This document shows, in pieces, positions 1 to 10,863 of a DNA stretch of 64,000 nt (within the stretch, counting starts at the first letter, position 1; each line of letters starts with the position of its first letter). Below the pieces are notes generated by a model. The model did no database searches and was not told the DNA's origin. It saw only the letters and a list, made by a program, of their open reading frames with translations. Source of the stretch: Eledone cirrhosa (taxonomy: Eukaryota). The stretch covers positions 123,318,001 through 123,382,000 of the forward strand of contig OZ024743.1 in the NCBI GenBank assembly GCA_964016885.1, given 5' to 3'. Both the position numbers and the translations under genes were made by a program.

Positions 1-1433
1 TGCTCGGAGGAAACTTTACAAATGCTGTTTTCGACGGACCAACTCCTAAACAAGAAAGATGAACTAGTTATTGCATGTAAACATAGATTGCGTAGGACTT
101 ACCTCGCCCTCAAACCCCATAATGACCCGGGGGGGGTAGACTAGGGCTATAACACCCCACTTGCCGATTTTGCAATGGGTAACCCCTGCTTGCCAAAGAA
201 GACGTAAGATCTTCTTTGTATTCTTTTATCGCTTCCTTTATTTCCTTCCCCCCTCTCTCCTTTGTCCTTCTACCCCAGCTCTTCTCCTTTGTCGGCGTCT
301 TTTCTCGCCCACCCGAGGCTGCCCTTTGGCCCCATGTAGCCTTAGTACCCCCCTCCCTCCCCTAGTCTATGATAGATTTGGCGGACTCCGCCCTTTATAG
401 CAGTTGGCTTAGACCCCGGATACTTGCCCCCTTTTTCCGACCGCTCCCACTATTCTCTGTGCCCTCTATATTTCTTAGTGGCACTTATGCCTTATTTTTT
501 CGTTTCAGTATTTCTTGCTTCGCTTTTCTTCTGGGCGGGGTGGATTCTGAATTTATTTCTCCGTATTCTACCTTTATTTCGTACGAACTTTCATGTAGCT
601 TGTTTTAGATCTTTTAGAGTTAGCATTAGTATATATTTTTCTCGGGACTCAGAATTATTATCTCGTACAAGTTCACTTTGCTGCACTGGGTCGTTGCTGG
701 CCCGGGATGGAAACCTTTATTGTTTATTTCGTGGTAGTCTCTTTAGTATTTTGGCCCCTTTTGTTGACCCGTCACCGTATCATTTACGTACTTATACCTC
801 TTAAAAGGGTCCTTGCCTTATCCGTCCCACCTAGTTCTTTTACTTATTTCGTTATTTCTTTATTTATTTCTTTCTTTACTTCTTTCTTTCTTTCTTTATT
901 TTATTCTAGCCTAACAATAGCCTGAGACCTAGGTCGTAGAATTTAATTTACTTTACTTTTTTCTTTACACTTATTTGCTTTTCTTCACTCTCAGTATTTT
1001 TTCTTTCCTATATATTTCTACCCCCCATTGTTCTACCTACCGTTCCGACTTCCTCCCCCTCCCCCTCCCCTGTATCTTCTTTGACCTCATGCCCAGCTGT
1101 AGCTGGCACTACCAACGCTTGATTGGGTCTACTCCACCCCCTCCCCTCTTTCTCCTACTGGCAGGTTTAGCCACCATCTCCCCTACTAATTTGCAACCAC
1201 AGAATTACTACTGATTTTTGACAATCACTTTGACCATATATGGAATTACCCCTTGAGAAGATCGGCTATTTAAATACCAGGATAAATTTTCATTTAGTCC
1301 AGAATTAGCCGTCGAAACGGCTTGAGCTCAGCTGTCGGGGTCTTACTGGTTCCTATTACCCACTCTACTACCTCAAGTATTGAGTACTTTGGTGCGTTAT
1401 GGTCCACCTGGTTCCTTACCACATTTCCTTCGT

Positions 1434-1435
<2 letters not shown>
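1..1435 (+). mobile_element. 3' part of a Penelope-like element: end of GIY-YIG ORF, long 3' UTR and pseudo-LTR with hammerhead, ending in (TA)n
   Basis: Frame 1, 1-144 reads CSEETLQMLFSTDQLLNKKDELVIACKHRLRRTYLALKPHNDPGGVD*, matching the PLE endonuclease C-terminus (C..E...LLNK..EL...C.H). HHR at 1248-1341. The terminal ~140 bp recur elsewhere in the window. Confidence 0.8.
1248..1341 (+). ncRNA. Type I hammerhead ribozyme with U3-A8 core variant
   Basis: Stem I ACCCC/GGGGT; core TTGAGAA (1253-1259); stem II GA(T)CGGCTA/TAGCCGTC with large loop; GAAA 1314-1317; stem III ACGGCT-TGAGCTC-AGCTGT; cleavage triplet GTC (1334-1336). Confidence 0.75.
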
Positions 1436-1466
<31 letters not shown>

Positions 1467-4216
1467 ATATATATGTATATATATATGGCTGTTTGCCTAA
1501 GTGTGTGCGCGAGTGCATATCTGTGAGTGTGTAATCATAAGAATACAAAAATATATGTACATCAGAATATATGTATCGAATTGTGGAATTGTCCAGACTA
1601 AAAGAGATAAAGAGAATTAGCTACATATTGTACACTTCCATTTTCTAGTAACTAACAACTCAACATAATGTTGTTTTATATAAATGTAGCACGCTGTGCG
1701 CGTGTGCATGCGTATATATGTATATGTGTGTGGTGCGCTTAGATGAATGTTTATTGAAATTGTTCATCAGTCTATTGATTCTTGACAGTCCACATTAGTC
1801 ATAGTTCCCATTTTATCTATGTCAAATTTATCATGTAAGGCTGGATTGCATCAATGATGCTATGCCATTTAATAACAGTTGTGAACGAAATGAGATAGCT
1901 ACTGTTGGCATTGTCATATTCGAAGTCGTATATCATAGGTTTGATTGAATCGTAAATGAGCAAACGCGTGTTTTCTCTTAACCCTTAAGAATAGTGAATG
2001 AATCCTTGTTCTTAAGAAAACATTAGTAATTATTGTTAATGTTAATTACTGTCCATACATTGCAATCTTTTCGAATTACACGCGATATTTTGTGTAATGA
2101 GTGAGATGTTACAACTACTATAGAGGTACTCTTGATAGGCTGATATATAATGACATATGAATGAATAAAATAACTCAGGGATAGGTTATTAGTACCTATG
2201 TTTTTGACTCGTGGGTTTGTAGTTTTTTGTTCACCATTGTAATCTCCCCTTTTAAGAGATTTTCAAATGTTTCTGTTTTAGGTTTACGTAGATCAAAGGT
2301 TTGTACAAATTGAATAGCGGCCGCAATGCATTAACAGCTATCTGATTGAATAATTGGTCGGTCGTCTATTTATAGATATGTTCTGTTGTAGCTAAATTGC
2401 AGCCCTACCAAAGTCCAATTTAACACCATGTGATCTATGGAAAGTATCAAACACAAGTTGACACTTTAACACATGTTGATCAACTCAACATATAATTTTG
2501 GAAAGATTCATAATTTTCCTATGCTAAATGAAAATTCGATCAAGTATCTGTTTGAATAGAAAATAACTATATCCTGTGAATTATTGTTTACTCTATATGC
2601 TAGAAACTACATAACATTAAAGTTATGTTTCTTTATGTGCAACTACTCCACGAGCTATGCTCTCGGGATTAGTCAGCAGAAAACGGTTACATTATGCTGG
2701 TGCAAATTTCTCAGAAATGATAGCCAAAATACAATACAAAATTACATATATTTTAATAATACGATATTGGGAAAGCTTTGGTCAAGTGTAAAATAAATAA
2801 GGTTCGGGAAGTATGTAAATATGTATTAATAACATTTATTCCTATTTATTCCTATTTTGACTTCAAACAATACTGGAGAGTAATACTTTCATATTAACGA
2901 CGAAACTAGAAACACAGGAAGGAAATTGTTTTATTTTATATTAAACATATAAATCATGATAACAAAAATGAAAATATGGAGAAAAAAACATCTCATTGAA
3001 AGAAAAATGGCGATACATCTACGAAAAAAAAAAGTGTATTTCACGGAGTCAAGATAAATGAAACGAAATCATATTTTTAGAAAATAGTTCCTAGCATTTA
3101 TCACCTCTTCCCATTATATTTCATCTACAACCCTAGCTCAGCTACTTAATTTGATGTTCTAATGTAGTTATAGTGAACGCACTACTGGCTTTGCTATAAT
3201 GGTGACCTTTATTGTATTAACATAGTTAGGAACTATATAGGTTTCTTCCTGATATTCTGAAATAAGCTTTAGCCTGCAACACTGTTTCAGTTGCAATCCA
3301 ATAAATGTACAGCGTAATCGGTTTGTTACTTCTCTTGCACTATTGCATATGATTCATTTTATAACAAACCTCTTCTCACATTTTCGCAAACGGCCCGAGA
3401 CAAATTTACAAGGTTTTCCAACGATTAGATTATATGCATAAAACTTAATCATTATATATGCTTGTGGCAGTCATTCCTTCCTAGGTTAGTGTAACAATTT
3501 TAGCCGTTTCATAATATTCAATCATATTCAATAAGCTTACAATGATGTTATGCATCACTAATGAAATCTTGAAATAAAGGGGTTCGTCGATAACGACATT
3601 GCTTTCCTCAGAGAATACAATTGTACAAAGAGTTGTTTGTTATGATGACTGTAATATTGATTCTAAATATAAACAGATACAATTTCAAATATCTACTAGA
3701 ATATGATAAACATAATAAATATTTATTAGAATGTGTTATAGAAACGAAAAATAATGACATAAGCGTTCCATTTAAAAGATTTCATTGAATTTTCAAGTGA
3801 AACCATATAAATATTTAATGTATTTCAAGAAACAAATGTTTTATTTCTGACTATGGTAAAGTATATGCATCTTTATTAAATATAGAAATGACTTCTATAT
3901 ATATATTGTTTTATCCATCAGCTTTATCCAACTGTTTTATCCATTTGGTACCGTCCTTTTTGGATTGTTTGTAAATAGTTGTTGATATTATCGTCTTGTC
4001 CTTTGCCCATGTATTACTGCCCCTTCTGCACTAGAGCCAGTTATATCGACTTTAAAGCAAAGAAACAACGTATCTATAGCGGTCGACTGATGATATGGGA
4101 CTACTCTGTGTATTCGTTCATTTTCCTGTCTTCACCCATATTATTCTATTTATTAATTCATATGTTACATACAAAATGATTCGAAGAGGTAAAAAAGGTT
4201 TTTCGTATTTTTTTAA

Positions 4217-4308
4217 TAATTCTGATGAACCCAATGTTTTCTTCATATAATTAATTAACTAATCATTAATTATATGTCATATGACATGGAAGAAACGTGC
4301 GTTAATTA
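4217..4308 (+). ncRNA. Type I hammerhead ribozyme with branched stem II, in a TA-flanked module (~3900-4340)
   Basis: TAATT-CTGATGA-[CCA(A)TG...CATGG enclosing hairpin CATATAATTAAT/ATTAATTATATG]-GAAA-CGTGCG-TT-AATTA; triplet GTT. Confidence 0.55.
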
Positions 4309-4509
4309 ACAGTCTTTGATCTTGGTTTCAATGTTATATATATAGCTACACATAGAACTATATCGTTTGATACAGATGAACTCAACACATTTGAGGATTT
4401 ACTCTTTTGTTGATTTAAGACCCTAATTCCGTGGGGGATGCGTGAATCCTGATATTGCTAATTGACACATGGATAGCACTTAGCGTCGTAAATACGACGT
4501 CTGGGAGAC

Positions 4510-5025
4510 CTTTTTAGGAACTCATAAGTCTGCCGGACACACGAGCAGTAGGACATGTTTTTCCTGCCGGCAGAATATCACAAAATCGAATTTCATCTGA
4601 GGATACCATTCTCATAACAACAACAAATGCATGGATTACATCTTGATTGCATGGGAGAATCGTTGAAATATTTATAATGAATAAACGATTTATGTAACAC
4701 CAGCATCTTTCTTAATGTTATTATTATACTGAATCTGAAAAAAGGCGGTGGATTGGCAGTATCGGTAGACGGTCGGACGCCCTGCTTTGACATATAGAGT
4801 TACGGCCCTTGCCATTCTGAGTTCAAATCCCGCCGAGGTTAACTTTGCCTTTCATCCTTACGGGGGTCGATAAAATAAAGTACCAGTAATGCACTGGTTA
4901 ATTGCTGGCCTTGTGCCAAACGTAGAAACAATTATTATACTGAATCTCCATCGTAACTACAAGCTACGAATGTTGAGCTATCTCCTGCTTGCTCCTGTTT
5001 TTACCAAAACAATCTCTTCGGAACC
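4510..5025 (+). mobile_element. Diverged solo copy of the PLE pseudo-LTR found at 20514-20872, split by a SINE; carries HHR at 4592-4681
   Basis: Colinear similarity to 20570-20872 (ggaactcata..tctgc, catctgaggatacc, gaaata.ttataatga, tccatcgtaact...). HHR: TTCAT-CTGAGGA-long stem II-GAAA-TATTTA-TA-ATGAA. Confidence 0.7.
4744..4935 (+). mobile_element. tRNA-derived SINE (Meta-domain-like octopod family) with target-site duplication
   Basis: A box TGGCAGTATCGG, B box GAGTTCAAATCC, central GCCTTTCATCCTTACGGGGTCGATAAAATAAAGTACCAG, ATT tail. TSD ATTATTATACTGAATCT at 4720-4736 and 4931-4947. Confidence 0.9.
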
Positions 5026-5227
5026 TATATATATATATACACATATATATATACTATCAATAATAATGAGTTCAAAACTCAGGCAGTCTTTTACAATGAA
5101 ATAGCTCAAAGAAAGAAGTATTTCTGAGCCGTGTAATACAAGTTAATATAAATTAATATATGTGCGTTAATCATGTGCGTTAATCAGTCTATCTAAATAT
5201 TTTGAAGTGAAACATATCAATTTTTAT

Positions 5228-5357
5228 AGTGCTTGCTGAGGAGATCAAAATGCGGTATTCTTTCACTTTTTCATTAATCGAAACATATTTGGATTTTAAC
5301 GTTTAAACCTGTCTACGGAACAGGTTTGATTTTGAAATTTAAATTTGTCCAAGCACT
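5228..5357 (+). ncRNA. Type I hammerhead ribozyme with very long stem III (copy 1)
   Basis: Stem I AGTGCTTG/CAAGCACT (8 bp); CTGAGGA; stem II GAT...ATC; GAAA; stem III ACA.TATTTGGATTTTAA..AAACCTGT-loop-ACAGGTTT..TTGAAATTTAAATT.TGT; triplet GTC at 5347-5349. Confidence 0.8.
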
Positions 5358-5774
5358 ACGGCCATTGCCAATATGATTTGTTTTTATTGATTTATTATCT
5401 TAAATCGAGACAGGCAAAATGTATTATTATTATTAGTATATTTCAATCTAGCTAACTTGGTCATTTACAATACAAACATGAATATGTTGGTATTTGTGTT
5501 TATCAAATATATTAATTTATATTAACTTGTATTACACGGCTCAGAAATACTTTTTCTTTGAACTATTTCATTGTAAAAGACTGCCTGAGTTTTGAACTCA
5601 TTATTATTGATAGTATCACTGCTCCTTTGTTGAGCTGAATTTAGCCCCATACAAACGGCTGTTATTTCTAGCAGCACGAGTACGTGACAGCTAGACACTG
5701 GATAACCGCGTGAAATACCATGTGCGTTAATCAGTCTTTCTAAATATTTTGAAGTGAAACATACCAATTTTTAT

Positions 5775-5904
5775 AGTGCTTGCTGAGGAGATCAAAATGC
5801 GGTATTCTTTCACTTTTTCATTATTCGAAACATATTTGGATTTTAACGTTTAAACCTGTCTACGGAACAGGTTTGATTTTGAAATTTAAATTTGTCCAAG
5901 CACT
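5775..5904 (+). ncRNA. Type I hammerhead ribozyme with very long stem III (copy 2)
   Basis: Same motif 547 bp downstream; triplet GTC at 5894-5896; one substitution in the stem II 3' arm (ATTATTC vs ATTAATC). Confidence 0.75.
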
Positions 5905-6087
5905 ACGGCCATTGCCAATATGATTTGTTTTTATTGATTTATTATCTTAAATCGAGACAGGCAAAATGTATTATTATTATTAGTATATTTCAATCTAGTT
6001 AACTTGGTCATTTACAATACAAACATGAATATGTTGGTATTTGTGTTTATCAAATATATTAATTTATATTAACTTGTATATATATAT

Positions 6088-6338
6088 CCAGGGAGTGTAG
6101 CGTGATGTTTAGGTTCACGTCAGTGGCGAGGTGTAAAGCTAGACAGAGTGTAATATAATAATACAAGGACGATTGGTTAAGCCTTCATTACGTTTATTGA
6201 TTGGTGACGGACGTTTCGCTATTGATCAGCTCAAGATTCGATCTGTATCGATCTGCCCGGACTCTGGAATCAAAATCTTGTCAAACCTCTGTTGTAGTAA
6301 TGACGGAATGAATCTGTCATTACTACAACTAATCGTCC

Positions 6339-6422
<84 letters not shown>

Positions 6423-6538
6423 GTAGTAATGACAGATTCATTCCGTCATTACTACAACAGAGGTTTGACAAGATTTTGATTCCAGAGTCCGGGCAGATCG
6501 ATACAGATCGAATCTTGAGCTGATCAATAGCGAAACGT
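6088..6538 (-). mobile_element. PLE pseudo-LTR-like fragment with a 120-bp inverted duplication separated by (TA)n
   Basis: 6211-6330 is the exact reverse complement of 6419-6538. Each arm holds a 14-bp hairpin GTTGTAGTAATGAC/GTCATTACTACAAC. HHR on the minus strand. Confidence 0.7.
6203..6287 (-). ncRNA. Minimal type I hammerhead with U3-A8 core (TTGACAA)
   Basis: Minus strand: GGT-TTGACAA-GATTTTGAT...ATCAATAGC-GAAA-CGTCCG-TC-ACC. Stem I 3 bp, stem II 7/9 paired, triplet GTC. Confidence 0.55.
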
Positions 6539-6559
6539 ATATATATATATATGTATGAA

Positions 6560-6750
6560 TGTCAGTTCGCTCTCGAGTGTTACTGGTAACATGTAACCCA
6601 GTACAACCTGTCTCGTGGTCGGGTCGTTGGCGACACCAACCCCACCAAGCTTGCTTGGTGTGGAGGGTGATATTTGGACACTCTGCGGGATGGAATACAA
6701 GACCCGACAAAGGGCGGAGGAACTCGGCAGAGTCAATGGCCATCCAAATA
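6560..6750 (+). repeat. Interspersed repeat related to the 5' region of the RTE-BovB-like element at 39326 and to 22430-22470
   Basis: Shares tactggtaacatgta..ccagtacaacctgt, caccaagc.tgcttggtg, tttggacac.ctgc.ggatg and ggccatcca with 39326-39520. Confidence 0.6.
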
Positions 6751-7013
6751 GTGCGATGTATATATGAATGTATATATAGTGTATTTGGTAATACACTGTA
6801 ATACAACATTCATAATTTTCAACAGGCAAGGTGAGTGCTAGCTCTGAGGAATGCCAACAGTATGAAACAGACATCTGTCAGCTTATCTCCCTTTTCTTTG
6901 TTGAAAAAAGAAGTAAGTGATATAGTCACTACTTTAAAACAAGAGCATAACGTCTTCAAAATGCTTTTAATTAAGCATACAGTGTATTACCAAATACACT
7001 ATATATACATCGC

Positions 7014-7089
<76 letters not shown>

Positions 7090-7111
7090 TATATGTATAT
7101 ATATATGTGTG

Positions 7112-7214
<103 letters not shown>

Positions 7215-8010
7215 TATATACACATACACACACACATATATATATATATACATATATATTTATATATATATAATTATATGTGTATCTATATATGTATATA
7301 TATGAATATATATTTATGTGTGTGTATTTGAAAAAAACAACTGTCACTGAAAGTATTTGATATTCAAGAACACGGAAAATGAGCTGGGAATAAAATCCCA
7401 GTTTGACAGTTGAGATTACAAATGGTGTCACTGGATGGAATACATAGTCCAAATTTGTGAAACCCAGAATAAGCAGATTTTAATTAAATAACAACCTGCA
7501 TTGAATATGCGCAGTGTGAGTATAGACAACTTGAATCTTTTTAAGACTAAATTTGCGAGAACGAGATCTCGTATCTTCCTCCGGCTGTTTTGACAGATAA
7601 AATGATAGTATGACGCATGCGCAGCTAGTATCTATTTCTAATACCTGGAAGAACAAAGGAGCGTAGAAATAAGTGTATTAAGTACATATAGAATAGAGAA
7701 ACCTATACTCAATGCAAACATAATATATAAAACATTAGATAGCAAAGCAGATCCACCAGTGAATCCCTTCTTATCAAAATGCATCAAGGAAACACCAGTA
7801 AACAAGTCCTCTGCAACGACATGGATTTAACCCTATGCATACGCACTATTCTAAAATTTGATAAAAAACAGACGAAACAACAATGAAGGTTTTTCATGCA
7901 ATTCCATACAAGTACACAGTTACCACTCATGACACAAACACTAATAGGACATAACACACTTTAGATATAAACATTCAACATAAAAACCAACCACATGGAA
8001 GAGCTTAGCA

Positions 8011-8291
8011 CAGGCATGGGTAACCTTTTTCGAGAGCGGGTTGCATAAGATATGGCTCATCATTAGGCGGGCCGGAAGCGATAATTTATGTTCGTGCCCA
8101 CATTAAAACAAGTGTGGTAACTCAGATTGTTTTGATTTGTTTCTTCAGAATTTCGTACACGTTGTTTTCCTCGATCGTAAAAATGATAGAAAGATAAATT
8201 ACGACTGAAAAGTTGGGGTAAAAAAAAGTGAGAAAGATGACTTAGACAAGCTATTCAGAAAGCTTCGCGGGCCGCAGGTTGCCCATGATTG
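8011..8291. mobile_element. hAT (Charlie-like) MITE
   Basis: Imperfect TIRs CAGGCATGGGTAACCT / AGGTTGCCCATGATTG with subterminal GCGGGCCG motifs; 8-bp TSD GCTTAGCA / TCTTAGCA (7/8). Confidence 0.75.
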
Positions 8292-8340
8292 TCTTAGCAC
8301 AACAAACACACACACATACACACTCACACACACACACACA

Positions 8341-8424
<84 letters not shown>

Positions 8425-8429
<5 letters not shown>

Positions 8430-8608
8430 CAATGAAGTAGAAGTCACTAAGTTAGAGTTTACCTCATTTACTTTTTACATATTGGCTGTTATATGTATTT
8501 CGATGGTAACTATTACATACCAGTTACCATCGAAATACGTATGACAGTGATTGTGTAACAAATAAATAAGGCAAATTCTAACCTACTGACTTCTACGTCA
8601 TTGTTATA
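8425..8608. repeat. Imperfect fold-back (PLE pseudo-LTR 3' half with half-hammerhead) next to (TA)n
   Basis: Arms TATAACAATGA.GTAGAAGTCA / TGACTTCTAC.TCATTGTTATA; centre TATTTCGATGGTAACT..AGTTACCATCGAAATA; GAAA plus palindromic TACGTA stem III but no CUGANGA. Confidence 0.65.
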
Positions 8609-9841
8609 AAAATACTCCCGAGTACAGACTTACATGTATACCTCGTCGAGTCGAGTGCTCTATCCTGCATACACTAATATCGGTTGATTAACTAACACAA
8701 AATGAACCAGGTATATATGTATATATATTTATATATATATATATATATATATATACATGTGTGTGTGTGTGTGGGTGGGTGTGTTTGCGTGTTTGTGTCT
8801 CTGGGTGTGTGTGTGAGAGTATTCCATAACAGGTTACACGGACCGTCCAATGTCTTATAGTCTAATTACAGCATCATATCACTCTCTCTTCCACCATGAT
8901 TGGGGATGAGATTCATGTATAGAACACATCCTGTATAAACATAATGTAAGGGACACAATAGTATCTCCATTAAATTGGTCTTACATGGTAAATACACCCA
9001 CCAACAAAACCATATACCTCACCAATCTAATACCAATAACATGGATCAATGTGGGAGTTCTTAAGTGAATTTTTGAATAGCAAGAAATATCAGCCGGGTG
9101 TCCCTCAACTCACATCTTAATGTCTTAAAAAGGAAAAGTGCAATGATAATGTACACTTAGATGCACTATGTACAAGAAAAATACAGGATGGTCACGGATA
9201 AAATAGTTTTGATCACAAGTCTGGATGGACTGGTGTTAAATAACAACCACTACTACATCAACTCATATACATATATACCACTTTCTGATTTACATACCTA
9301 GCAAGTAAAAGTATATACCAAGTAATCCTCAGCTCTCTTCCAACCACTTGCCTACACTCATCATAAGGCAAATATGCATCAATCAATGAAAAAAGAAAAA
9401 AAAAAACAACATTTTTACAAACTTCAAAAAAGCCACGTGGAATAATTTCCATGATTCGATATTATTAATGTTCGTCGAATTCAATAACATTATAATCACC
9501 GTAGCAAATATTATGCTCTCAACAAAATAATTGTAAACGAATTAAAAAAAATCATACCCTGCATGTCAACCTTAAAAACAAAACAACGCCAATTAAGCAA
9601 CTGGAAAATACAACTTGATAATAACTATGGACAGCCTTCATGAAAACACATTTATAATGAACAATAGAAATAAAACGCAACATCAATTAAATAACGATGG
9701 ATATAATAAAGAAAATAATCAAATAAACTGCAATGTAATTAATATAACAACAGCAGCATTTCTAACAATGGCTACATCGCACCTCACGTCACTAAAATAT
9801 CATTAAGTAACATCCCACGCTTCAACAGCAAGAAAACTCAC

Positions 9842-9952
9842 ATGGAAATATTTTTTCCAAAATTCCATATACACTGATGAGAAAAACATAAAATGTTGAA
9901 TGCGGGTTTTACAAGTGGACCATCACTATGGACCGTGCTCTCCATCCGAACT
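9842..9952 (-). other. Candidate spliced exon (111 bp), unidentified
   Basis: Acceptor TTACTTTTAG, donor AT|GTGAGT; one open frame VRMESTVHSDGPLVKPAFNILCFSHQCIWNFGKNIS; no recognisable homology. Confidence 0.2.
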
Positions 9953-10109
9953 CTAAAAGTAATATAATAATTCCAAAGCATCAGAATCCCACAATATCTC
10001 AAACATTTCCATGAAACTTTCAAGAATTTATAGAATAATTATACACAACACAAAAAGAAGCCTCCAATTTGATCATTAACTAACATCTTTAAAAAATGAA
10101 AGAACTTAC

Positions 10110-10204
10110 TGTGCACTGTAGCCCGAGGCTGTGTGGTTGCATTGAAACAACACAATTTTCGTATACCCAAGGTATACGAAAATGAGAGGTCATTAAAATC
10201 TCAA
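10110..10204 (-). other. Candidate spliced exon (95 bp), unidentified
   Basis: Acceptor GTTTTTCAG, donor CA|GTAAGT; open frame EILMTSHFRIPWVYENCVVSMQPHSLGLQCT; contains a 12-bp-arm palindrome TTTTCGTATACC/GGTATACGAAAA. Confidence 0.2.
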
Positions 10205-10552
10205 CTGAAAAACATCTAACACGCAAGACAGACACACGCATTCAGGTGTAATCAAATTTTCCGGTTAAAATAAAGTATCATATCGCACCTTAACATGTTG
10301 TCATATATCAATGGCAATACTGAATACGTTTGGAAGGACTATATCCGTGTGAAATCAATGTAACGTGTCAGCTGGGGGCATTAAAATCCTATTTATTGCA
10401 CATGAAATAAAGGATCGACATGGATAATAAGGAAAGAGGTTGGGATCTGAAAATTTAGCCAAACTTCGTAGTGCGTCACCAGCCAACAAACACACACACA
10501 CACATACACACACACAGACACACACAGACACACAGACATACACACAGACACA

Positions 10553-10641
<89 letters not shown>

Positions 10642-10661
10642 ACTCACACACACACACACAT

Positions 10662-10702
<41 letters not shown>

Positions 10703-10812
10703 CACAATATCGTTTTAAAAAAATGGAAAGAAGTAATGGTAGAAGTTAAAACAGCTCAAAATACGGTAATCTATCAATATTAAATGTGAAACTGTATTAG
10801 GTAATACTTTAA

Positions 10813-10862
<50 letters not shown>

Positions 10863-10863
<1 letters not shown>

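Larger units (their letters stand above)
5052..6078 (+). mobile_element. Non-coding retrozyme/PLE-like element: inverted 5' segment plus direct repeat (547-bp period), each repeat with an HHR
   Basis: 5172-5530 is near-identical to 5719-6078; 5052-5158 is the reverse complement of 5509-5617; flanked by TA runs; no convincing ORF. Confidence 0.8.
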
